Below, piece after piece: positions 37,965 to 49,426 of a DNA stretch of 64,000 bases. Made by a program: the position numbers and the translations under genes. Numbering within the stretch: the stretch's first letter is position 1; every line of letters starts with the position of its first letter. The notes below the pieces were generated by a model. It was not told the origin of the DNA and made no database searches. It was given only the letters and a program-made list of their open reading frames with translations. The stretch covers positions 36,332,001 through 36,396,000 of the forward strand of contig NC_043013.1 of NCBI RefSeq assembly GCF_006345805.1. The letters run 5' to 3'. Source of the DNA: Octopus sinensis. Its lineage: Eukaryota.

Positions 37965-38499
37965 TGAATTTATGGAATGTAGTTCCATATATCCCATCAA
38001 TTTTGTTTAAAAATGGAGGAGACAAGTTGTTAAAATTTATAAGAAGTTTAATTGTTGCAGACGATCGTTTGGTACAGAGATATAATAATAATATAAATTC
38101 ATGATTGAATTAAATTAATTAAATATCAACGTACTCTTCAGTGCAGAAATGAAAGAAACTATAATACAAGGAATTTAAAGAGCAATATAGCAGAAAAAAA
38201 TTGATCTAGGAGTGTAACATTGGTCTCCATATGAAAAAGAGATGGGAGTCGTGTCAGATATTTAACCATAACTATCGGCTTAAACGGTTGTTTGAAGATA
38301 TAAGTAAAGAGGTATTGGAGACGTTCTCTCTATAGATGAGCTTGAAAATAGAATTATAGCTCCATATAAGCAGTGTAGAGCAAATAAATAGTAGAAACGA
38401 TCGTCTGCAAGAATTAAACTTCTTATAAATTTTAACAACTTGTCTCCTCCGTTTTTAACAAAATTGATGGGATATATGAAACTATATTCCATAAATTCA
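37965..38499. mobile_element. Element with about 105-bp inverted arms and a hammerhead motif
   Basis: 37965-38070 versus 38395-38499 near-identical reverse complements. Confidence 0.85.
38056..38145 (-). ncRNA. Hammerhead-like motif, one core substitution (G12->C)
   Basis: UGCA-CUGAAGA-GUAC-(55 nt)-GUAC-CAAA-CGAUCG-UC-UGCA. Confidence 0.55.
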
Positions 38500-38663
38500 C
38501 CCTGCATTATATACAAGTACTACTTTCATATCTTCACAAATTTACGCCTGTAAACTCCCAGCAAAGTATGAAGGATCAACATTAGAAATCAGTTTTGGAA
38601 ACGTCCAATTAAAGGATAAATCCACATTCAGCCTTTATACACCTGTATTACTACACACACACG

Positions 38664-38761
<98 letters not shown>

Positions 38762-38859
38762 TTAGGGTATCTAAAGATACCACCACGCTGGAAACACTTT
38801 CTGGCGTTTTCTCTCTCTGCTTAATTTAGGCTTTTTGGACACACTTTCTTCACTTTTCA

Positions 38860-40793
38860 CATTTGAAACATATCAAGAGAAGTCTGCTTTTTCCTACATT
38901 TCCAATTATAAAAATGTGCCAGAGCAGTGTTATTAAATAACGCAGCTGCACGATCTGTTGGTACTTTTTCGGGATGATATTTTTCTACAAATTCGGAAAC
39001 ATACTGCCATTATATCACTTACAGAGATACTCTTCTCTGCTACATTGTCCTCCACCGGGGAACCGATCTCTTCTGCCACATCTGAATGTTGCTGCTCCTG
39101 AAGCTGCAGGAGTTCATCTGTTGTCAGCTTGAGTGTTCCTTGATGAGATCGTTAGTGTTCCCATCATCAACCTCGAGGCCCATGGACTTGCCAAGAGACA
39201 CTATCTCCTCAACTACAAGTGTTTCAGACTCAAACCCCTCAAAATCTCTTTCGGATATGCAGTCAAGTCACAGCTTCCACCATGCAGAATTCATGTCAAA
39301 CTATTTCAATGATTTTTTCAGACAGTTAACAATACTGTAGTGCTCCCTCCAAAACTCAAGAAGACTAGATTTGTATTTTTGGTCTCTTCAAAGCACCGAT
39401 GATACAGGTGTTTGGTGTACAATTTCTTAAAATTAAAAATCACCTGTTGGTCCATGGGCTGCAAGATAAGTGTGGTGTTGCCTGAAAGGTATAGAACTTC
39501 CATGAATTTAAGTTCGTTCAAGATATCATCAAAGTTAGATGGATGAGCAGGAACACTGTCAAGGATGAGGAAGGCCTTGAGAGGAAGATCATTCTCCAGA
39601 AGGTACTTTTTCACTGCTGGTCCAAAGATAATGTTGACCTGATCAGTGAAGAATTGCCTGGTGACCCAGGTTTTAATATTTGCCCTCCACATGACCTGCA
39701 GCTCCACTTTCAGGATTTTGTGTGATTTGAACACTCATGGGTTTTCAGGGTGGTAGACAAGGAACAGCTTAATCTTCATTCACATTGGCACAAAGGGCAA
39801 GAGTTAGTCTATCTTTCAAAGGCTTATAACTTGACATTTTCTTCTCCTCTGCAGTTATATAGGTTCTTCTGGACACTTTTTTTTTCCAAAAAAGGCCAGT
39901 TTTATCACAGTTGAATACCTGTTGTGTGATGCACCCCTTGCCTGCAATGAGCTGATGGAATTCACGCACAAAATCCTCAGGTGCTTTAGTGCCAGAACTC
40001 ACTGTTTCTTCACACCTGATGACACTATGAACGCCAGTCCTCTTCTTGAAACCCTCAAACCAACTGCGACTACCCTTAAATGCATCTGCTGATGTCTACC
40101 CCGACGATGTTACAGGGTTCTGCTTCAGGAGGTCCCCATACAGTGCTTGCGTTTTCTTGCAGGGCAGGTGATGTTTTTCGTCGTCATATCCCTTGTGAGT
40201 TGCTTCTTATTGATCCACAGGAGAAGCAATTTTCCCATCTCTTCGTGGACAGATGTGTATTGCCTGGAGAGCCTGGAGATACTCTTTGCAGTTGTAACAG
40301 CCTTGATCTCATCCTTTTCCTTCAGTATAGCGCAGATCGTCGACGTGCTTCTGTCATATTGACGTGCTATGTCCACTACATGCACTTCTCTCTCATGTTT
40401 ATCAATGATTTCCTTCTCCAGTTCTATTGTAATCAGCTTTCCCTTCTTCACCTCAGCACTGTCCTTTGCACTAAATTCCTTAGGACCCATGGCCAAAACA
40501 AATAATCAATATAAAATGATAGCAAAAAAAGGCACAAAACTATAGAAAAAAAAACACCGGGGAAAACACAACACGGATGCTGCCACAACAAGATAAACAC
40601 ATGAACCGAATGAGCAGAGGCTGCACTTGTTGGGAGAATGCATGCGAGCTCAGTTCCTACTAGCAGTCACTTGTATGAAATGCACTCGTACTGCACATTT
40701 CCACTCGTATTTCATGACAAAAATTCACGCAACTCTCAGCTCATACAGCAAAGTATGTGTACAATGGTGCATATGTACAGTGAGGTTCTGTTG
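38860..40793 (-). mobile_element. Decayed Tigger/pogo-family DNA transposon (TIGD1/Tigger1-like transposase pseudogene)
   Basis: Frame-broken ORFs: CENP-B-type HTH (40125-40496), VFNCDKTGLFWKK (39769-40002), LILDSVPAHP and LQPMDQQVI (39318-39734), C-terminal EIVSLGKSMGLEVD; degenerate TIR ta-caacagaacctc at the right end. Confidence 0.9.
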
Positions 40794-41309
40794 TATATAT
40801 ATGAATATTTATATGTGAGTGTGTGTGTATATATATATATATGTGCATATATACATGTATATACATACATATATATAATATAAACTTATATGTATATATA
40901 TATGCATGCATACATGTGTGTATATATATGTATGTATGTATGCATGTATGTATGTCTACATATGCATATGTGCGCACGTATACTCTCAGTGTCTCAGTGT
41001 GTATACGTGTATGCTTGTGTGTGGTCTCCTTGTGTTGACAACCTCTCCTTCGTGCCCTCATCTTGTAAGAAGTTTGGAAGAGAGAGAAAGAGAGGGAGTA
41101 GAGGGAGAGAGAGAGTGAGAGAGAGAGAGAGGGTGAAGATGCGAAATCCCTGAAAAGCCAGTACCTATCCTCACCCTCCGACCACCCGTCCCTACACACC
41201 AAAAGAAACTGTAATCAAACACCCCTATAATACCCTCCTACCCACATCCTTTATCCAGAAGCATTTCAATTCAAACAGCAAAAAGTAGGGGGCTGAAGAC
41301 GAAACAGCT

Positions 41310-41342
<33 letters not shown>

Positions 41343-41386
41343 ACACGTGTATGTACATACATTATTACATATGCATACATCCATAT

Positions 41387-41430
<44 letters not shown>

Positions 41431-41672
41431 CTATTCATTAATACATGTATACATATGTAACATACACGCACACACATATATTGAATAAGGGACTGGTGTC
41501 CTATGAGATATTCTGAGCCTGATCTATATAGCTGACCTTCTTTAAGTAAGGGAGCTGTTTATTCTAAGTGTTAATGGGCCAAGAGACCCCGACAGCCCCT
41601 CCTGGGATCCACTTCCACACAGTTGTTATATTGTTTACTTAGTACATCAACCACTGACATCTCTCCTCTCTT

Positions 41673-41741
<69 letters not shown>

Positions 41742-41775
41742 GTGTGTGTATGTATTCATATATTATATAATTATG

Positions 41776-41815
<40 letters not shown>

Positions 41816-42167
41816 TATTATATTATTATATATGTATATAATATATATATATTGTATATATATATTATGTATTATATAATATATATATTATATATAATAT
41901 ATATATGTATATATATATGTATGTTATATATATATATATATATATAATATATATATATTTATACATATATATAGGTATGTATGCATGCATGTATGTATGT
42001 ATGTATGTATGTACATATGAGTGTACGTGTACACATTTACACACCCACAGGAGCAAACCTTTGGCACCATTGAAATTGTGATACTTACTCCTCCACCCTT
42101 TTACACCCTTACCTTACCCATCTTGTAAATTTCATGGAGAAAACACATTGCATGAGAATTTCTATAT

Positions 42168-42210
<43 letters not shown>

Positions 42211-42622
42211 TGTGTGTGTGTGTGTGTGCGTGTGGAATAAGGGAGAGAGAAAAAGGAAGAGAACGATATGAAGTATATAGCTGCGTGATACGAATCTCAA
42301 ATCTTGTTTGTCCAAATTACACTCTGCGTTCCTTGTTTTTCCTTCTTAGATGGAGCATTTGCTATTACATAGAACACACACTCTTGTTGCTCTTTATCTT
42401 CTCATTTCTCTCTCACATAAACAATAGTTGCAAAAACTTCCAGCAGTTTGCAACAACGACTACTAGGTATTAGGTACAAAAATCTTCCAGTCATTAGCAA
42501 CAGAGGTGTAACTAGGTTCTAAAGATAGAAGGAACAATCACGTAAAGAAAAAAAATGCTGTGACACATGTAAAATAATGTTGAACTCATTTCTCATATAT
42601 TACACAAAATATCTCATTAATT

Positions 42623-42970
42623 GTGAAGGTGCATGGTTCAGTGGTTAGAGCATTGGGCTCACGATCATGAGGTAGTGAGTTCGATTCCCAGACCAGGTTG
42701 TGTGTTGTGTTCTTGAGCAAGACACTTTATTTCACATTGCTCCATTTCACACATCTGTAGAAATGAGTTGTGACATTACTGGTGCCCCAAAATGTATAGG
42801 CCTTTGTCTTTCTCTTGGATAACATCGGTAGCATGGAGAGGGGTGGTTCATGTATGGGTAATGGCTGGTTTTCAATAAACAACCTGACCCAGGCTTGTGT
42901 TCCGACAGGGGTAACTTTCTATGTGTAATCCCATGGTCATTCATGACTGAAGTGGGTCTTTACCCTTTAT
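42623..42970 (+). mobile_element. SINE family C head/core with a different 3' tail
   Basis: A box ggttcagtggttagagc, B box gagttcgattccc, core ttcttgagcaagacactttatttcacattgctcc. Confidence 0.8.
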
Positions 42971-43450
42971 CCTTTTTTAATAAGCATAGTAGATTGAGCA
43001 GACAGTTCAAAAGCACGGGAGGTTGGTTAGATAAAGAAATGATTCCAGAAAGTTCTTCCAAAGATGTGCAGTTAATAAAAACAAAAAAAAAAAAAAAAAA
43101 AACATTCAGCTTTTATCACACAAGTGAACTAAAGAGTTAAAAAGAATTGTTGAGAAGGTACCAATTTTGAAAAACCTGCACGGGGGGGGGGCGTTTTCTC
43201 CTCTTGCTTCCCTGTTAGCTATGTCACTTATTAGCAACAAGGACTTTCATAACATTAGCTACAAAACTTTCAGATTTTAGAAAAATGTGTTTGTCTTTAC
43301 ATGGAACAGATCTCTCCATATCCTTCATCTTCTCATCAACCCCTCTCTCCCTCTCTCTTTCTCTCACCCCTCAATTAGACGATAGTTGCAAAAACTTATA
43401 CCAGTTAGCAACAATGAATTTTCAGCAATGGATAGAAAATGTCCCAAACA

Positions 43451-43670
43451 TTAGCAACAAAGATTTTCAGAACATTAGCTACAGAATCATGCAAATGTTA
43501 GCAACAAAACTTTCAGATGTTAGAAGAAAAAAAAAATCCAGTCTTTAGCAAAAATATCTTTCAGGATTTAGCAATACACAGCCAGTCATTAACCAAAAGC
43601 TTCCATGTTTATTAGCAACAAAGACTTTAGAACATTAGCAACTAAAACATTCAGATGCTAGCAAAACAAC
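43451..43670 (+). repeat. Degenerate about 23-bp minisatellite (ttagcaacaaaactttcaga...)
   Basis: ttagc(a/t)a(c)-type motifs at 43451, 43475, 43498, 43545, 43568, 43612, 43635, 43658. Confidence 0.75.
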
Positions 43671-43904
43671 TTGCAAGTGTCAACCACAAAAGTGTTAAGG
43701 GGCTGAGAGTACTTTCAACAGTATTCGCTGGAATCCTCTTCCAATCAGTTGTTATGTTTACTTAGATTGGAATCAGATCAGACCTAGGGTTAAAAATAGC
43801 AACAACAAATCTATACTAACTCTAAATGGCATGCTTACTCTGTAATAGCTCTTGACTTCTTTTGTTAGAAGGCACAAGAACTTACACATGTATGCACCTA
43901 TCAA

Positions 43905-44032
43905 ATCAAATCACAAGGTTTCGGTCAGCCTGAGGCTATAGTAGAAGACATATGCCAAAGGTGTCATGTAGTGGGATTGAACCCAAAACCATGTGGCTTG
44001 GAAGCAAATTTTCTAACCATACAGCCATACCT
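43905..44032 (-). mobile_element. SINE family A head fragment
   Basis: gaggctatagtagaagaca...gggattgaacccaaaaccatgtgg. Confidence 0.75.
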
Positions 44033-44055
44033 ACATACATATATATATATACATA

Positions 44056-44462
44056 GGCGCAGGAGTGGCTGTGTGGTAAGTAGCTTGCTAACCAGCCACA
44101 TGGTTCCGGGTTCAGACCCACTGCGTAGCATCTTGGGCAAGTGTCTTCTGCTATAGCCCCGGGCCGACCAATGCCTTGTGAGTGGATTTGGTAGACGGAA
44201 ACTGAAAGAAGCCTGTCGTATATATGTATATATATATATATATATATATGTATGCGTGTGTGTTTGCGTGTCTGTGTGTGTCCCTCTAGCATTGCTTGAC
44301 AACCAATGCTGGTGTGTTTACGTCCCCGTCACTTAGCGGTTCGGCAAAAAGAGACCGATAGAATAAGTACTGGGCTTACAAAGAATAAGTCCCGGGGTCG
44401 ATTTGCTCGACTAAAGGCGGTGCTCCAGCATGGCCGCAGTCAAATGACTGAAACAAGTAAAA
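44056..44462 (+). mobile_element. SINE family A, young full-length copy
   Basis: Complete head, internal (TA)/(TG), tail; CpGs retained. Confidence 0.95.
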
Positions 44463-44535
44463 AAATAAAAAATAGTAAATAAAAAATAAGATAAATATAT
44501 ATATATATGCACACACACACACACACACATGCATG

Positions 44536-44577
<42 letters not shown>

Positions 44578-44589
44578 TTTATATATATA

Positions 44590-44716
44590 TGGCAAGCTTC
44601 TCAGTTTCCATCTACCAAATCCATTCACAAGGCTTTGGTCATCATGAGGCTATAGCAGAAGACATTTGCCCCTAGGTGTTACACAGTAGGATTGAACCCA
44701 GAACCATGTGGCTGGG
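44590..44716 (-). mobile_element. SINE family A head fragment
   Basis: cagtttccatctaccaaatccattcacaaggctttgg. Confidence 0.75.
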
Positions 44717-44884
44717 TCAAAAGTCATCCTTTATTATTGAGTAATGTACCACCTTTGTGCTCAATCAGATTGTCTAATATTTTCCTAATCAAAACACCAT
44801 TCGTTGCATCTTCCTACCACAACACGACCCCTTCTTCTCAAATTTTCTGATAGACTTACCCAGTTGGTTAGAGTTAATTGACAG

Positions 44885-44967
44885 AGCTTATCAGCCCTTG
44901 ATTAGCTCTAATAAAGCTAATCAGCCCTTGATTAGCTCTGATAAAGCTAATCAGCCGTGTTGATTAC
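44885..44967 (+). repeat. 30-bp tandem repeat, about 2.7 copies
   Basis: aagctaatcagcccttgattagctct(a/g)ata unit. Confidence 0.9.
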
Positions 44968-45074
44968 CTTTTGTCCCATCTGAGTCAAACATATTGATAA
45001 TAGCTGCCATCTTCCAGGTTATCTGTCTCTGTCATATACTTGTATACAAACATTAACAAACATTTGCACTCTGT

Positions 45075-45380
45075 CAGTTGCGATGGTGAGTGTTCTAGTT
45101 GATCCTTTCAATGAAACAGCCAACTCATAAAATTTATGTGCTGGTGGCTGAGTACTCCACAAACGTGTGTACCCTTAAAGTAGTTCTTAGGGAGATTCAG
45201 TGTGGCACAGAATGTGACTTGGTTGGCCTTTTGAATTACAAGTGCAAATCTTTTTTGCCAGCTGAGTGGACTGGAGCCATGTGAAATAAAGTGTCTTGCT
45301 CAAGGACACAATGCACCACCAGTAATCAAACTCATGGCCTTACAATCATGGACTGAATGCCCTAACCACTAAGCCACATG
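45075..45380 (-). mobile_element. SINE family C, degenerate
   Basis: gagtactccacaaacgtgtgtaccctt tail; aagtgtcttgctcaagg core; ccctaaccactaagcc A box. Confidence 0.8.
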
Positions 45381-45634
45381 CACACACACACACACACACA
45401 CAGAAACTCACACACACACACACAGACTCACACAAACACAGACTCACACACACACATATTAACACACACATACATTAACACACACATATACATTAACACA
45501 CACGCACACATACACAACCTTAGAAACTTCGAACCTTTGTGTGTGTGTGTATGTGTCTGTATTTGTATGTACATGTCTGTGAATTTGTGTGTGTGTGTGT
45601 GTGCATGTGAATTTGTGTGTGTGTGTGTGTTTGT

Positions 45635-45985
45635 GTCACTTTTTGTCCCCCGCACCACCATTTGACAATCTGTGTCAGCTTTACCACATCCTAATAACCT
45701 AGAAGTTTGGCAAACAGCAACCAACAGAATAAGCACCAGACTTAAAATGTACGTATCGGTGGTGGGTGGGGGAATCTATTTGTTTGACTAAAATCATTCA
45801 AGGCAGTGCTCCAGTGTGGCCAAATGTTTGACTAAGACCATTCAAGGCAGTGCTCCGGCATGGCCAAATGTTTGACTAAAAGCATTCAAGGCAGTGCTCC
45901 AGCATGGCCAAATGTTTGACTAAAACCATTCAAGGTAGTGCTCCTGTATGGCCAAAAACCGAATAACTGACACAAATAAAAAAAA
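45635..45985 (+). mobile_element. SINE family A tail containing 4 x 44-bp tandem repeat (45781-45956)
   Basis: Unit tgtttgactaaaaccattcaaggcagtgctccagcatggccaaa derives from the SINE tail motif gactaaaggcggtgctccagcatggcc. Confidence 0.85.
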
Positions 45986-46239
45986 TAATGATAAAGGGCA
46001 ACAAAAGATGAAGACGCATCTTCACGCCAGACATATTTAGCTTTGGTGCACAGAGAGCGGATTCCCCACCCTTATATTCTTCAATGGAAACAGGATGACC
46101 TAATTTTTTAAAAACATCTCGAAGACATAACAGTTCCACATAATTGAATAAGGAGCCTTGATGATGAAATTCAGAAAGAAAAAAAAATGAAAATAAAAGA
46201 AAAACCATTTCCAGGTGTGTGCAAAGCAGGCTTGAACAT

Positions 46240-46330
46240 AATAATAATAATAATAATAATATAATAATAATAATAATAATAATAATATAATGATAATAAT
46301 AATATAATAATGATAATAATAATAATAATG

Positions 46331-46373
<43 letters not shown>

Positions 46374-46467
46374 TAATAATGATAATAATAATAATAATGA
46401 TAATAATAATAATAATAATATAATAATAATAATAATAATATAATAATAATGAATAATAATATTAATG

Positions 46468-46513
<46 letters not shown>

Positions 46514-46560
46514 TAATAATAATAATAATAATGATAATAATAATAATAATAATAATAAAT
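46240..46560. repeat. (AAT)n microsatellite
   Basis: Direct. Confidence 0.95.
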
Positions 46561-47109
46561 GATGCAGTACCAGGCAGTGGCTCTCATGGCTTCTGATCTT
46601 AACTGATTGGAAGTGTTATCATGTACATTGTTTTGTCTTGGTATAAAAGATGGGCTACAGCAAATATTCTGCTCAATATCACAGATTTGCTTGTCAGTTG
46701 TTTCACCTTAACCAGTTGAGCATGTCCCTTAGTGGCTGACGATATGTGCATCTCTGATCACGAGCAGAAGTAGTGGGGGAGCATCATAGCCATGTGTTGA
46801 GAGGGATTCTTTGGGGTTTGAATAGTTCACCTCTGGAAACATGGGTGGTTCTTTCAACATCCTTAAACAACCCTTATTCAGGGACCGTTTGAGCGGGATG
46901 GGCTACTCAACCTGAAGAAAATTCTAACTGGGCCCCACCTGCAAGGTCATGTGCTGTTTATCTTGATATGAGATCACCATGTCGCGCACATATGGTTGTG
47001 ATGCATGTGCCTGGTGTACCCTTATCAGACGGGTAGTCATGATGGGTATATTGGGCTTCGTATATTTTACCCCAGTGTCATTTTGATGGCATGAACTGCT
47101 CTCTCACTC

Positions 47110-47111
<2 letters not shown>
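46561..47111. mobile_element. About 550-bp unclassified repeat inserted in (TAA)n
   Basis: (TAA)n on both sides; partial second copy at about 48190-48452. Confidence 0.75.
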
Positions 47112-47156
<45 letters not shown>

Positions 47157-47534
47157 TAATAATAATAATAATGATGATGATGATGATGATAATAGTAAAA
47201 TAACAATGATGATGTTGATGGCGATGATGATTTCATTTATTTGCCACCAGGGCGAAAGATGAAGGGGACAATACAAAACAGACATAAAATGTGGGGTTTT
47301 ACATATAATGAAATGATAAAATAAATAGATAATAAAAAAAGGATAAGTATACATAGTACAACAACAACAACAATAATAATAATTATTATTATAGGAAGAC
47401 ACTCAGCAAGAAATGGAAGCAGAATTGAAAGAAGAAAAATTCATAATAATAATAATAATAATAATGATGATGATGATAATAATAATAATAATAAAAATAA
47501 TAATGATAATAATAATAATAATGATAATAATAAT

Positions 47535-47583
<49 letters not shown>

Positions 47584-48117
47584 GTACTAATAACTGAAAG
47601 AGAAAACTATTGATAGTCTGATAGCAAAATATTCAGAATGGAAGAAAGGTCTCGGTTAAATCTTATAACGATGTGCACCGATTGTCCTTGCAATTGCTTC
47701 AACAAAGTCGGAAAGATTGACAGTAAAAAAAAGAAAGAAAAAAAAAAGAGAAAAGAAAAAGAGGAATTTTGTTGTGATTATTTAAAATGTGAAGAGATAA
47801 AGGAACCATTCTGAAGAGAAAAGAAGAAAAAAAAAAAAACTCTCTGCTTGGTTTTGGGATAGAATATGCATAGAATTATCAATTTCCAGAAGGCCAAATT
47901 TAATTTTAGAAAATAACTTAAAAAGAAAAACAAAAAAAAAAAAGAGAAAAGGTAGGGATTACTTCTGTAAAATATTCATGTCAAGTTATATAGTAGAATG
48001 TGAGAAAGTAGCTAAAATCTTGGTTTTTGACATTTAAGATGAGGAGAGAACATAGGATATGTTGCGAGGTTACAGAAGGAGGAACCGCTATGTAATATAA
48101 CAACAAAAGTTCATCGC

Positions 48118-48182
<65 letters not shown>

Positions 48183-48189
48183 ATAAAAT

Positions 48190-48452
48190 GCCCTGATACA
48201 GTACCAGACAGTGGCTCTCGTGGCATCTGATCTTAACTGATTGGAAGTGTTATCATGTACATTGTTTTGTCTTGGTATAAAAGATGGGCTACAGCAAATA
48301 TTCTGCTCAATATCACAGATTTGCTTGTCAGTTGTTTGACCTTAACCAGTTGAGCATGTCCCTTAGTGGCTGACGTAATGAGCATCTCTGATCACGAGCA
48401 GATGTAGTGGGGGAGCATCGTAGCCATGTGTTGAGAGGGATTCTTTGGGGAG
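48190..48452. mobile_element. Partial copy of the 46561-47111 repeat
   Basis: cagtaccag(a/g)cagtggctctc...gagagggattctttgggg shared. Confidence 0.85.
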
Positions 48453-48524
48453 TCCCTACTGACTCATATAGCAAGTAGTAGTTTTAACAACAGCAGCAGC
48501 AACAACAATAATAATAATAATGAT

Positions 48525-49052
48525 TTCAAATTTTTGCCACAAGGGCAGCTTGGGGGAAGGGATTAAGTCAATTACATCGACCCCAGTGCATAACAAGGTA
48601 CTTGTTTAATTGACCCTGAAAGGATGAACGTCAAAGTCGACCTCAGCGGAATTTGAACTCAGAAAGTACCAGCGGATGAAATACCACTAAGCATATCACC
48701 CAGTGTGCTAATGATTCTGTCAGCTTGCTGCCCTTACAACAACAACAATGATGATAATAATAATGATGATGATGATGATGGTGGTGATGATAATAATAAT
48801 GATAATAATAATAGTAATAATAATAATAATGATGATAATAATAATAATAATAATCTTATCTGCTCTAGGCACAAGACCCAAAATTTTTGGGGTGGGGGCC
48901 AGTCGATTAGATGCAACAGGTACTTAATTTATTAACCACAAAAGGATGAAAGGCAAAGTTGACCTTGCTGGAATTTGAACTCAGAATGTAAAGACAGACG
49001 AAATACCGCTAAGCATTTCACCCAACGTGCCAAGGATTCTGCCAGCTCGCAA
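48525..49052 (-). mobile_element. Two SINE family D copies (48525-48735, 48855-49052) separated by (AAT/GAT)n
   Basis: Core gaaaggatgaa...aaagt(c/t)gacc...ggaatttgaactcagaa. Confidence 0.85.
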
Positions 49053-49129
49053 ATACTAAAAATAAACTTGACAAAAATACTAAAAACGAACCCAATTGCT
49101 CTCAAAAATTAAGTAATTAAAAACAGAAA

Positions 49130-49317
49130 AATAATTCAGGATCCTTGCCCAGTACTGGATTGATCCCAAAATCTAATCAGTTCGTGCCAGTCATGAGGCC
49201 AAACATCCCTGAAAGTTTCATCTGAATCCATTCAGTGGTTCTTGAGATATTTTGTCCATGGACAAACAAACAAACATGACTGAAAACAATACCTCCACCT
49301 TTGCTAAGGTGGAAGTA
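49130..49317 (+). mobile_element. Helentron-type (HINE/DINE-1-like) 3' end with terminal hairpin
   Basis: aaagtttcatctgaatccattcagtggttcttgagatat + (ACAA)n + gaaaacaa + hairpin tacctccacctt-tgct-aaggtggaagta (49290-49317). Confidence 0.65.
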
Positions 49318-49319
49318 AT

Positions 49320-49388
49320 AATGGTAATAATAATAATGATAATAATAATAATAATAATGATAGTAATAATAATGTTGTTGTTGTCGTT

Positions 49389-49426
<38 letters not shown>

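Noticed and set aside
44854-45040. Minus-strand donor CTGGG|gtaagt and an EF-hand-like MFDSDGTK peptide
   Set aside because: Frames leading to the donor are closed by the 30-bp repeat, and the motif is too short to be meaningful.
45781-45956. CRISPR-like regular repeat
   Set aside because: Contiguous tandem units with no unique spacers, SINE-derived, eukaryotic context.
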